The translations under genes were made by a program, and so were the position numbers. The notes under the pieces are model-generated. The model saw only the letters and a program-made list of their open reading frames with translations, was not told the origin of the DNA and did not search any database. From the NCBI GenBank assembly GCA_051532035.1, contig JAOPTW010000015.1, positions 64,001 through 128,000 of the forward strand: DNA of 64,000 nt. The letters run 5' to 3'. Shown one piece after another: positions 10,363 through 19,607 of this stretch. Source of the DNA: Fibrobacterales bacterium (GTDB lineage: Bacteria > Fibrobacterota > Fibrobacteria > Fibrobacterales > JAOPTW01). The first letter of the stretch is position 1, and each line of letters starts with the position of its first letter.

Positions 10363-13300
10363 ATGCAATACATCTTACTTACAACCATAACTCCTACCAG
10401 ACAAAATCAATCGTTGTTTTCGAGTGATTCAAAAGTTATGGACTCTATTGATGACACCATCATTACTGCAATACTTAAATATGGGGGGCACTCTTTTACT
10501 ACGCACCCCCATCACTATTTCGCGTCATTTACTAATGATTTCCCCTTAAAATGCGCGAAGGAAATCTTTGATCAGTTACTTGAACTTATTGGATCTAAAA
10601 ACATTAGAGCTATACGAATATCTATGGGTACTGGTCCTTCTGTATCAATAGAATCCTATATTATTGGTTCTGCTGTAGCACAAGCCCAAAGACTGAATAC
10701 AATATGTCCTGGTGGGCAAATCCTGCTCCCTAAATCAGCCTATGAAACCCTCCCCACATTCATGAACTCTAATGTTATGGATTATGGGAGCCCCCTCCTC
10801 ACCGATTTACTTATTCCCGATCACATTTTTGGTACCACGAGTTCTGCAATTCTCAATCCAGGCCACATAACCGAAAAACGAATCACTGCCCCCACTAACC
10901 TTCCACTCTATGAAACACCCCTCACAGGACGTGAATCCGAACTCAATGTGTTGCGAAATATGCTTCTCGACAATAGGGTGCTCAGTATAACTGGGCCAGC
11001 CGGTGTAGGTAAAACCCGCTTAAGCCACCACTTAGGAGCGCAGTGTCATAAAATATTTTCTGATGGTGTTTTCTATATCGACTTTAATGACCAAATAGAC
11101 CTGCAAGAGCACCTGTTTACCCTTGCAACTCATCTCAATATTACCCTACACTCTGCCTCTGGGATAGATGCACAAATTATCACACACCTACATACCAAGA
11201 AAATCCTCCTGATGGCTGATTGTGGTACACAGTTTCTTTCTCACCATCATGAATTTCTCACAACCCTTATTAAAAACACCTCATCCCTTCAACTCCTTTT
11301 AGTGACCCGCGCCCCTGTAGGCATTATTTACGAGCAGGTCTTTACCTTAGGCAACCTCCCTACTCCCAAACAAGATGCTCCTCTTGTCGAACACCTCTTT
11401 GGGGAGAGTAGTTTTTTACTCTATCTGAACCACGCCCTTTATATGTACCCTGATTTACTGCTCGATAATAACACCGTCAAAATGATTATAAATATCTGCA
11501 CTCTATTACAGGGAACACCTCAAGCAATTTTAATGGCAGCGGCATGGAGTAAAACCCTGACAGTAAACCAGCTCAATGAAACCCTCGCGCGATTAATTCC
11601 TGAATTTGAAAAGCACGATCAGACAATACCAGGCCTCCCTAAAAGAAACAATGCACTCCGTGCAATGTTTGAAGCTACATTACAGGACTTAAAACGGGAC
11701 GAATATGATGCATTTATTAAGCTCTCAATCTTTAAGAATAGCTTTAACGTGTATGATGCACAGAAAGCCACAGGGGTACAAGCACTTACCGTAGCGCGAC
11801 TCTTTAATAAATCGCCCTTAATTAAAACATCTTCCGAACTCTACACAATGGAAAAAGTATTTAAAAGAATTGCTTATGAAGAGCTTCTTGCCTCTGATTT
11901 TATGAACAGTGTACACCTCTCTTTTTATCACTATTATCTAGAGGTGCTCAATAAAAATTTACCAAAAATCCACTCGTCTCATCAACAAAACATTTTGCTC
12001 TATTTTAATCAAAACAAAGAGAACATAATCTCTGCATGGCATCTATGCCTCAATAATGGTTCTCTTGCAGAAATTGTACTTTTTATGAACGCCCTCTTTG
12101 AACCATTAGACAGACTTCATGCCTATGCTGAAATCATTATACTTTTTGATGCTCTCCGCACTATCCTTGATGAAGAAACACTAATGCAGAGTCCTGACGT
12201 GATTTCGTGTAAAGCACAACTCCATTCAATCTTTGGATCATGTTACACACATCTACACTCTTCTGAAGAAGCAGAGGCAGCCCTCATTCGTTCACTTTCA
12301 TTGTCAACTGAATTATTAGAGTCGTCTCGTTCTACCATAGATGGGCAGGATATAGAGAACAATCAAGCAGTTACGCTATTGAGAATGAGTATTCTGAAGA
12401 TTCAACTCAACAAAAAAGAAGAAGCACTTACTCATGCTCAAAAAGCACTGAAGGTTTTTGTAACCAAACAAAATAGCACTGCTCATGCATGGGCAGAAGG
12501 GGTTATAGGACTCATTTTTCTTCAGATGGACCTGTGTGAAAAATCAACAAATCATTTTAAAGAAAGCCTCGTTCAATATCAATACAGTAACTACCCTGCA
12601 GGTATCAAATGGGCACAACATAATTTGGCACGAAGTTTGTATAACAGCGGCAACTTTAGTGAAGCTCAAAAATATTCTTCAATCTCTGAGTTCGAATCTG
12701 AATCGACCACAGATCCACATGACCTCACACTCTACAACTCAACCCATGAAGAACTCACTATTGAAAAATTAGAAACTCTTGTTTCTATATACCACCAAGT
12801 GGGTGACTATCAAAAAGCTCTTTCCAATGCTGAAAAACTTTTAATCCTCAGCAGTAACATTGGCAACAACAAGGTAATTGGAGACACCCTATTAAGCATG
12901 GGGATGATTCACTGCTCACTAGGGAACGTTAAAAAGTCAAAAAGTCAACTCGATGAAGCGCTCACACTTTTTGAAAAAATGAAACACCACCAAGAGATTA
13001 ACCACACATACTTAAATTTAGCATCCCTCCAATGGCAGAGTGATAAACTGACCCTTATGGGTGACTACCTCAATAAAATTGATACAGAGCTCATCCCTCC
13101 TCAAAGTACTTTTACGGTTGACTACTACAATATTCTTGGTACACATGCACTCCTTACTGAAAATTTAATAAATGCCGAGGAGTCGTTCACAAAAGCACAC
13201 ACCATGAGTGTGCATCTCAACTATGAAAATGGAATGATGCGTGCAATAAACAATTTATCCAAATTGGCTTTGACATCTAAAGACATTACGGAAGCGTTGA

Positions 13301-13638
13301 ACCGTTTTCATACACTACTCCCTATTGCAAATAAAAGTGGTACTTATCCTATCATACTTGAAAGCCTCCTCGACCTGTCTCAAATTTTAATTGATACGAA
13401 AGAGTATGAGTTTGCTATGGATACATTAATCTTTATTCATAATCATAAGGCAACAAACGGGTTTGTTAAAAAGCACGCCAAGAAAAAGCTCTTTAAAATG
13501 CCCCCTAAATATGGAAAGCAATTTTTCTTTTACTGCATTAACAATGAAGAGCATCGTAATATAGAAGAGTTTTGTTCTGCTATTGTCTCTCACATAGAGA
13601 TAGCACTGAGCCATCAGTCAGGAAGTCCTTCGCTTTGA
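10363..13638 (+). CDS. STAND-type ATPase: degenerate adenylate/guanylate cyclase-like domain, NB-ARC-like NTPase and TPR repeats
   Basis: PTNLP...LTGRESEL, Walker A GPAGVGKT, LQGTPQAILMAAAW (GxPLA-like), C-terminal TPRs, and an N-terminal cyclase remnant AQRL...GGQILL. Confidence 0.75.
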   Translation: MQYILLTTITPTRQNQSLFSSDSKVMDSIDDTIITAILKYGGHSFTTHPHHYFASFTNDFPLKCAKEIFDQLLELIGSKNIRAIRISMGTGPSVSIESYIIGSAVAQAQRLNTICPGGQILLPKSAYETLPTFMNSNVMDYGSPLLTDLLIPDHIFGTTSSAILNPGHITEKRITAPTNLPLYETPLTGRESELNVLRNMLLDNRVLSITGPAGVGKTRLSHHLGAQCHKIFSDGVFYIDFNDQIDLQEHLFTLATHLNITLHSASGIDAQIITHLHTKKILLMADCGTQFLSHHHEFLTTLIKNTSSLQLLLVTRAPVGIIYEQVFTLGNLPTPKQDAPLVEHLFGESSFLLYLNHALYMYPDLLLDNNTVKMIINICTLLQGTPQAILMAAAWSKTLTVNQLNETLARLIPEFEKHDQTIPGLPKRNNALRAMFEATLQDLKRDEYDAFIKLSIFKNSFNVYDAQKATGVQALTVARLFNKSPLIKTSSELYTMEKVFKRIAYEELLASDFMNSVHLSFYHYYLEVLNKNLPKIHSSHQQNILLYFNQNKENIISAWHLCLNNGSLAEIVLFMNALFEPLDRLHAYAEIIILFDALRTILDEETLMQSPDVISCKAQLHSIFGSCYTHLHSSEEAEAALIRSLSLSTELLESSRSTIDGQDIENNQAVTLLRMSILKIQLNKKEEALTHAQKALKVFVTKQNSTAHAWAEGVIGLIFLQMDLCEKSTNHFKESLVQYQYSNYPAGIKWAQHNLARSLYNSGNFSEAQKYSSISEFESESTTDPHDLTLYNSTHEELTIEKLETLVSIYHQVGDYQKALSNAEKLLILSSNIGNNKVIGDTLLSMGMIHCSLGNVKKSKSQLDEALTLFEKMKHHQEINHTYLNLASLQWQSDKLTLMGDYLNKIDTELIPPQSTFTVDYYNILGTHALLTENLINAEESFTKAHTMSVHLNYENGMMRAINNLSKLALTSKDITEALNRFHTLLPIANKSGTYPIILESLLDLSQILIDTKEYEFAMDTLIFIHNHKATNGFVKKHAKKKLFKMPPKYGKQFFFYCINNEEHRNIEEFCSAIVSHIEIALSHQSGSPSL

Positions 13639-14357
13639 TCATCACTGTACCCTGAATACTTTTTGAGGTTCTCTTTTGCCTGTTTTTTACGAGCTTCTTT
13701 ACGTCGAGAAAAATCACGATGCCGCGATTGCGGTTTTGAATTAATAAAGTTCAATTGATTCTCAACCATTCTATCAAACACCACTAAAAGCTCTTCGTAA
13801 GCCTCCGAAGACTTCTCTAAAGTCCTTAAGCTCATGACAACCGCTTCAACCGTAGAGATAAAATTCTTTTTTGGCTCTTTGCGAATGCGATAATTGCTTT
13901 CACTTTTAGGATTGATACTATAATGAGGAATGTCATTGAGAACTGATGAGTTATAAATCATTTTTTTCGCTTCTCTCCATGTGCCATCAACCACATAGAG
14001 GTTCTGCAAATCTTCCGGAGCTTCAGAAAGGTCAACCGCATGAGGCGAAGGAAAGAGCAGACCATTTTTTTCTATTGGAATTTTTTTAAAGTCTGACAAA
14101 AAGGATTCATGTTCATTAAAACAAACCCCATGAAACATGACTGAATTAGTAAGAGCAAGGTGGGTAAAGCGAGCAGTATTAATAGGCATGTACCGTTCGT
14201 TTGGATGTTGGAGTATTCCAATACGTACCCGAGAAGTAAGTTCTGGTATCGTTGCACAGAGACAAAGCTCTTCTACCTTCCAGCAGCGGTAACAAAAAGG
14301 GCGTGGATTCGCATCACTCTTATATTTACCTTTAATATAGTTTGAAGCGTCCTGCAT
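13614..14357 (-). CDS. DTW-domain tRNA-uridine aminocarboxypropyltransferase (TapT/YfiP-like)
   Basis: CYRC..LCLC, ILQHPNE, NTAR, DGTW, SNYRIRKEP, STVEA. Confidence 0.85.
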   Translation of the reverse strand: MQDASNYIKGKYKSDANPRPFCYRCWKVEELCLCATIPELTSRVRIGILQHPNERYMPINTARFTHLALTNSVMFHGVCFNEHESFLSDFKKIPIEKNGLLFPSPHAVDLSEAPEDLQNLYVVDGTWREAKKMIYNSSVLNDIPHYSINPKSESNYRIRKEPKKNFISTVEAVVMSLRTLEKSSEAYEELLVVFDRMVENQLNFINSKPQSRHRDFSRRKEARKKQAKENLKKYSGYSDDQSEGLPD

Positions 14358-14373
14358 ACTTTTCTTAACCCAC

Positions 14374-15360
14374 TTACCAGTTAGTTATAGGCATCTTCTT
14401 CTTTTTAGATGCTCGTTTTGGTCTTCTTTTTGATACTTTTTTATTAATCTTGAGTTGGTCTTCGAGCCTTTCTGATGAGTCCGGGCTTAACATTACAGCA
14501 GGCATAGTCTTTAATTTCCCCCATTTACCTTCATCAATGATGCTATTCAACTCATTGAAAAGATCCTTTTTCCAATCAAGGTCATCAAAATCAACTCGTT
14601 TTTTAAGTCCCTTGTAGAGTGCATAATTTTTAAGAATTCTCTTAAAGTGTCTTTTGTAAGAACCTTTGAGAGAATTGGCACGCCAGTTTCTTGGGCTCGG
14701 AATCACAGCTACGAGACGAGCCATTTGTGGAATACTCAGTCGCGACAACTCTTTGCCAAAATGATAGTGCGCCCCTTCACTTACCCCAAAAACCCCTGGA
14801 CCAAACTGTGCAATATTGAGATACAACTCAAGTATTCTTCTCTTAGTTAAACTATTCTCAAGGAGCACCGTGATTCCCGCTTCTCGAATTTTTCGAGACA
14901 TTTTTTTATCGGAGCTTAAATAGAGGTTTTTAACCAACTGCTGACTAATGGTACTTGCCCCGCGCGCTTTCTCACCTTTTTGATGATTAGATACAATCGC
15001 GTATTCTATCTCACTTAGATCGAACCCTGCATGATCATAAAACTTAGCATCCTCAGCGATTAAGACCATCTCTCTGAGTACAGCAGGGATCTCTTCGTAA
15101 GATATCCAGCTATAGAGAATATCTTCTGAGCCTGAGTTACTCATCTGTAATCGCTCATACTCAACATTCATAAAAGATGTAGTTGTTGGGTTATGTTCAG
15201 CAAGCATTTTAATTTCCCAATATTTCAGGTAATTTGCAAGCGACAAGAGTCCCCAAACTAACGCAATGAGTATGAGGCCCAAAACAATCTGATACCCTCT
15301 CCAACAATAGAGAACTACTTTTTTGACAATTTTTAGATAAATATTCTGTCGTGATTCCAT
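14374..15360 (-). CDS. mtgA: Monofunctional peptidoglycan transglycosylase
   Basis: GT51 motifs AEDAKFYDHAGFD, RGASTISQQLVKNL, RKIRE, KRRILELYLN; N-terminal TM; no transpeptidase domain. Confidence 0.85.
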   Translation of the reverse strand: MESRQNIYLKIVKKVVLYCWRGYQIVLGLILIALVWGLLSLANYLKYWEIKMLAEHNPTTTSFMNVEYERLQMSNSGSEDILYSWISYEEIPAVLREMVLIAEDAKFYDHAGFDLSEIEYAIVSNHQKGEKARGASTISQQLVKNLYLSSDKKMSRKIREAGITVLLENSLTKRRILELYLNIAQFGPGVFGVSEGAHYHFGKELSRLSIPQMARLVAVIPSPRNWRANSLKGSYKRHFKRILKNYALYKGLKKRVDFDDLDWKKDLFNELNSIIDEGKWGKLKTMPAVMLSPDSSERLEDQLKINKKVSKRRPKRASKKKKMPITNW

Positions 15361-15472
15361 ATGTGTGTCTATGTTCTAACTCAAATTTTTCCAATCCCGG
15401 TGATAATATAGATCAATTGTTCTATATTTGAAACCTAAAAGAGCACGCCGCTCCCTATCACTCTTACTAATT

Positions 15473-16384
15473 ATGACTTCAATAGCACAGACTACTCCAA
15501 AGCGCATCCTCTGCACCGGAATAACAGCGATTCATACATGGCCTGCATTTTGTGCACTCCTTGAAGATGATTCCCATGAAGTTTTTGGCATAAAACCGCC
15601 AAAAGCTAAAGCCCCCACTGGACCAAATATATTTTCAGCATCGTTGAGCAATCCTGACGCATATAGAGCTATTTTTGAAGAGGTACAGCCAACACATGTA
15701 CTTCATGCGGCCGGAGTATGCGACTTGGATGGATGTGAAGCGGATCCTTCTCGGGCCCACCGAATTAATGTCGATGGGGCAAAGCTTATTCGAGAACTTT
15801 CTCAGGATGCATATTTAATGTATTGTAGCGCCGACCTAGTCTTTTCAGGAGTAGAGCCTCCACAAGCTGGGTATTCAGAATCTCACGCTCCTGACCCTGT
15901 TAGTGTTGTGGGTAAAACCTATTTATTAGCTGAGAAAGAGATTGAGAAGCACCCTCGGTCTGCCATTGTGCGAATGGGGCTGCCTATGGGCCCTTCTATT
16001 CAAGGCTCAAAAGCTGCTGTTGATTGGATCGAAGGCCGATTTAAAAAAAACCGTACCGTCACCCTCTTCTATGACGAATATCGCTCGGCAATTCACACTG
16101 ATGATGTTGGGGAGATTATTAACCAACTTTTTAACAAAGAGATCACCGGATTATATCATGCAGGCGGCCCAAGACCGGTAAGCCTCTATGAAATGGGAGA
16201 TGTTATCAGTGAATTCAGTGAAAAATACGATAAATCGCTCCTCAAGGGACGATATACTCATGAAGAAAAAAATGGTCCTCCACGAGTTAAAAATGTACAC
16301 ATGGATAGTTCTCTTGTCTATTCACTCCTTGGATGGACACCAAAAGAGTGGCCAACACTCCTAAATCCAGACCTTACTATTTAA
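15473..16384 (+). CDS. RmlD-like extended SDR (sugar-nucleotide-binding) protein with atypical motifs
   Basis: HAAG..DLDGCEADP..AHRINVDG, SADLVFSG, YSE...PDP, LFYDEYRS, GLYHAGG. Start taken at ATG 15473. Confidence 0.7.
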   Translation: MTSIAQTTPKRILCTGITAIHTWPAFCALLEDDSHEVFGIKPPKAKAPTGPNIFSASLSNPDAYRAIFEEVQPTHVLHAAGVCDLDGCEADPSRAHRINVDGAKLIRELSQDAYLMYCSADLVFSGVEPPQAGYSESHAPDPVSVVGKTYLLAEKEIEKHPRSAIVRMGLPMGPSIQGSKAAVDWIEGRFKKNRTVTLFYDEYRSAIHTDDVGEIINQLFNKEITGLYHAGGPRPVSLYEMGDVISEFSEKYDKSLLKGRYTHEEKNGPPRVKNVHMDSSLVYSLLGWTPKEWPTLLNPDLTI

Positions 16385-16555
16385 TTACTTTCCTTTATTT
16401 CTACCCTCTTTGCTTAAATATCCCCTTCTAAGTCCCATTTAGGACCCTATTTTCAAAAAAAAAGCAGACTAGTTTCATATTTGCGCAAGAGAAGTATGGT
16501 TTTTTTGAGAAATTTCTTATTTTTTCTAAAAATATTACATTTTACAAGGATAACA

Positions 16556-17317
16556 ATGAAAAAATTAATTGCTTCAGCATCAGTTCTTATGATGCTTGTC
16601 GGCTGTCAAAAAGGTATTGACACCAAAAGTGTTACTAAAGCATCTCTTAAAACTGAAATGGATAAAGTAAGTTACTCTATCGGTCTTGATATTGGGTCAA
16701 ACTTCAAAAAACAAGAAATCGAAGTAGAGCTTACTAAATTCTTTAGAGGGATCGAAGACGGCCTTACAGCTACTGAAACTCCACTTATGGACCAAAAAGA
16801 AGTTCGCGAAACTATGACATCATTCCAAAAAGTAATGATGGAAAAAATGCAAGACAAAAGAAAAAAAGAAACTGAAGACAGAAAACTTCAAGGCGAAAAA
16901 AATATTGAAGAAAACAAAAAATTCTTCGAAGAAAACAAAGCTAAAGAAGGTGTGAAAACAACTGAATCAGGTCTTCAATTCAAAGTAATTACTGAAGGTA
17001 CTGGCCCAATTCCTACTCTTGACGACAAAGTTGAGTGTCACTACAAAGGTACTCTCCTTAACGGTGAAGTATTTGACTCTTCATACGAACGCGGTAAACC
17101 ATCACAATTCCCACTTAAAGGTGTGATCAAAGGTTGGACTGAAGCGCTTCAAATGATGAAAGTTGGATCTAAATGGGAACTCTACATAACTCCTGAACTT
17201 GGTTATGGCACAAGAGGCTCTGGAAAAATTTCTCCAAATGCTGCACTCAAATTCGAAATCGAACTTTTGAGCATTGTTCCTAAAACTGAAGCTCCAAAAA
17301 AAGCTGATAAAAAATAG
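16556..17317 (+). CDS. FKBP-type PPIase (FkpA/Mip-like), lipoprotein
   Basis: Lipobox LVGC, SYSIG dimerisation helix, TESGLQF, HYKGTL..G.VFDSS, VIKGWTEAL, LGYG. Confidence 0.92.
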   Translation: MKKLIASASVLMMLVGCQKGIDTKSVTKASLKTEMDKVSYSIGLDIGSNFKKQEIEVELTKFFRGIEDGLTATETPLMDQKEVRETMTSFQKVMMEKMQDKRKKETEDRKLQGEKNIEENKKFFEENKAKEGVKTTESGLQFKVITEGTGPIPTLDDKVECHYKGTLLNGEVFDSSYERGKPSQFPLKGVIKGWTEALQMMKVGSKWELYITPELGYGTRGSGKISPNAALKFEIELLSIVPKTEAPKKADKK

Positions 17318-17335
17318 ATCTCTTTTGAACTATTG

Positions 17336-17364
17336 AAAAGGGGTGCTTTTGCACCCCTTTTTTT
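17336..17364 (+). terminator. Intrinsic terminator
   Basis: GGGGTGC-TTTT-GCACCCC followed by T7. Confidence 0.8.
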
Positions 17365-17391
17365 GTACAATTTCATAAAAAAGGGTTCTGA

Positions 17392-18186
17392 ATGTTCAAG
17401 GTTTTTACCTGTGGCTTATTATCGATACTCATGTGCTGTACGGCACCTATTCAGCACACACCTAAAGTGAAGAAAACCCACCTCAAAGAACTACCGATTG
17501 AACAAACACTCTCCGATACCCTCACAGAAATTTCAACACAAAACAGTCGTGTAACCACAATCACCCAAGGTGAAGATCTCATTAGTTATGCGCTCGGCGT
17601 CAATTTTGCCCAGACTCTTTTAAAATCGGGAATAACCCTCAATACCTCTCTCATTGCTCAAGGATTTACTGATGTAACCCAGAACGACTCACTGTTAATC
17701 TCAACACTCGATGCTGCACACTACACCCAAAAGTTTAACCACTACCGCGACTCTATAACAGAACAACTATCTATTGACTCTACTACACAAGACTCTATTC
17801 CTCCAGACCCTATTCTCACTTTTTTCGAAAACAACCGAAACAAGGAGGGCATCGTCACCCTTGAGAGCGGCCTTCAGTATCGTATAATGCGTAAAGGCAC
17901 AGGTAACAGACCTAGGTCAGATTCAAAAGTAACCTGTCATTATAAAGGCACCACCGTTGAAGGCATAGAATTTGAGTCAACCTACTCTACTGATACACCG
18001 GTAACATTCCCTCTTGCTGGCGCTATTGATGGTTGGAAAGAGGCGCTTCTCTTTATGCGTGAAGGCGCCAAATGGCACCTCTATATTCCTCCCGACCTCG
18101 CCTATGGAGACAAAGGCGCAGGCTCGAAGATAGCCCCAAATACAATTCTCCTCTACAAACTTGAACTGCTCTCCATTGGCAATTAA
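17392..18186 (+). CDS. Second FKBP-type PPIase (FkpA/Mip paralog)
   Basis: SYALG, LESGLQY, HYKG, AIDGWKEAL, IPPDLAYG; Cys-containing signal region. Confidence 0.9.
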   Translation: MFKVFTCGLLSILMCCTAPIQHTPKVKKTHLKELPIEQTLSDTLTEISTQNSRVTTITQGEDLISYALGVNFAQTLLKSGITLNTSLIAQGFTDVTQNDSLLISTLDAAHYTQKFNHYRDSITEQLSIDSTTQDSIPPDPILTFFENNRNKEGIVTLESGLQYRIMRKGTGNRPRSDSKVTCHYKGTTVEGIEFESTYSTDTPVTFPLAGAIDGWKEALLFMREGAKWHLYIPPDLAYGDKGAGSKIAPNTILLYKLELLSIGN

Positions 18187-18200
18187 CCGTTAGGTGATAT

Positions 18201-18533
18201 ATGCGCACTATTTCAATAGCAAACATTGAAGACGGAATGATTCTTCAAGAACCGGTCATAGGTAACTCTGGCCAAATTATCCTCAGTCAAGGCGCTACAC
18301 TTACAAAAAGTCTTGCACGACGTCTGGAATCACGAGGCATACTGCAAGTTACCGTTGAGGGAAATGATGCCACGCCTCCAAAGAGTGACTCCAAAACCAC
18401 ACCCGAGCACTCAAATCGGGATTATCTTATTAAAAAATTTAGTAACCGTACTGACTCTCTTACCATGAATACCCTATATGCAGCTGTAGAACAGCACATA
18501 CTCAGAAACGAAGAGGGAGAAAATAATGAATGA
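18201..18533 (+). CDS. Small protein resembling the N-terminal module of HD-GYP/HDOD proteins
   Basis: Pattern I..I..GM.L...V....G.IIL..G..LT......L...GI..V.V; stop overlaps the HDOD gene start. Confidence 0.5.
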   Translation: MRTISIANIEDGMILQEPVIGNSGQIILSQGATLTKSLARRLESRGILQVTVEGNDATPPKSDSKTTPEHSNRDYLIKKFSNRTDSLTMNTLYAAVEQHILRNEEGENNE

Positions 18534-19386
18534 TCGTTTTGTCCGTATAGAGTCAATGATCGGAGACCTTGATTCAATTCCTACTCTTTCAAATGTAGTG
18601 TCTCGAATAAATAGGGAAATGCAAAACCCACGCACTACTGCGGATCAAATTGGGAAAATCATAAGTAATGATCAGAGCTTAACCCTCGCTATCATGAAGC
18701 TAGTTAACAGTGCATTCTACGGGTTTTCCAAAAAAATCAACACTATCTCTCACGCCGTTGCAATACTTGGCTTTAATACTATTAAAAACTTAATAATGAC
18801 AACCTCTCTGCTAACCTCTCTTAAGTCGAGTATTCAGTCCCCCTATTTTGACCAAAATCAGTTTTGGGCTCACTCCCTTGGAGTTGGCACTTTTGCAAAA
18901 GTTATCGGTAATACTATCTCATTTGATAAGCGAGAAGAACTCTTCTTAGCTGGCGTCATTCATGACATAGGAAAAATAATTCTTATCTCAGCGTTAACCC
19001 ATGATTTTGAAAAAGCAATTATCATTGCTGAACAAAAAGAAATCATGCTCATTGAAGCTGAAGAAAAAGTCTTTGGATTTAATCATTGTGATGTAGGCTT
19101 TTGGATTGCAGAAAAGTGGCAACTCCCTAACTATCTCTCTCATGTAATACTGAATCATCATAGCCCAGAAAAGAGCCTCGATTTTCACTCCATAAGTACT
19201 ATTATCCAGATTGCCGACACCTTAACCCGAGCATTAGATATTGGGAGTGGCGGTGACCCCTACTTACAAAACATTACCGATGACAACTGGAAGAGCATAC
19301 AGCTCCCTTATGATGCGTTGCCACAACTCCTCGTAGAAGGAGAGAAAGAGTTTATTAAAGCGAAAAGTTTTATGCAACTCTTATAA
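18526..19386 (+). CDS. HDOD domain signal transduction protein
   Basis: IPTLS, DQSLT..IMKLVNSAFYG, AVAILG, FWAHS, GVIHDIGK, GFNHC.VG..IAEKWQLP. Confidence 0.9.
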   Translation: MNDRFVRIESMIGDLDSIPTLSNVVSRINREMQNPRTTADQIGKIISNDQSLTLAIMKLVNSAFYGFSKKINTISHAVAILGFNTIKNLIMTTSLLTSLKSSIQSPYFDQNQFWAHSLGVGTFAKVIGNTISFDKREELFLAGVIHDIGKIILISALTHDFEKAIIIAEQKEIMLIEAEEKVFGFNHCDVGFWIAEKWQLPNYLSHVILNHHSPEKSLDFHSISTIIQIADTLTRALDIGSGGDPYLQNITDDNWKSIQLPYDALPQLLVEGEKEFIKAKSFMQLL

Positions 19387-19391
19387 TCTCA

Positions 19392-19604
19392 TTAGCGGTT
19401 TTTTGAGTCTGCCCCATCTTCATCTTCATCAGCAGCATCAACATCCAGCTCCTCAACCATGAGTTTCTCACGTTGATCAATGTAATTTTGAACTCTTCGT
19501 GTATCCTTACGTTTATAAAAAGAAGAAGGAAGAGTAAACTCCTTCATAAACAGAAGGAGCACACCAATAATGACCAATCCAAATACTATTTCGAGAATCC
19601 CCAT
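19392..19604 (-). CDS. Small single-pass membrane protein with acidic tail
   Basis: N-terminal hydrophobic helix; starts 3 bp after the pyrC' stop. Confidence 0.55.
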   Translation of the reverse strand: MGILEIVFGLVIIGVLLLFMKEFTLPSSFYKRKDTRRVQNYIDQREKLMVEELDVDAADEDEDGADSKNR

Positions 19605-19607
19605 GGG

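Noticed and set aside
13614..13638. Convergent 3' overlaps (also 55025-55044) as antisense regulation
   Set aside because: Short tail-to-tail overlaps are common in compact genomes and there is no further evidence.
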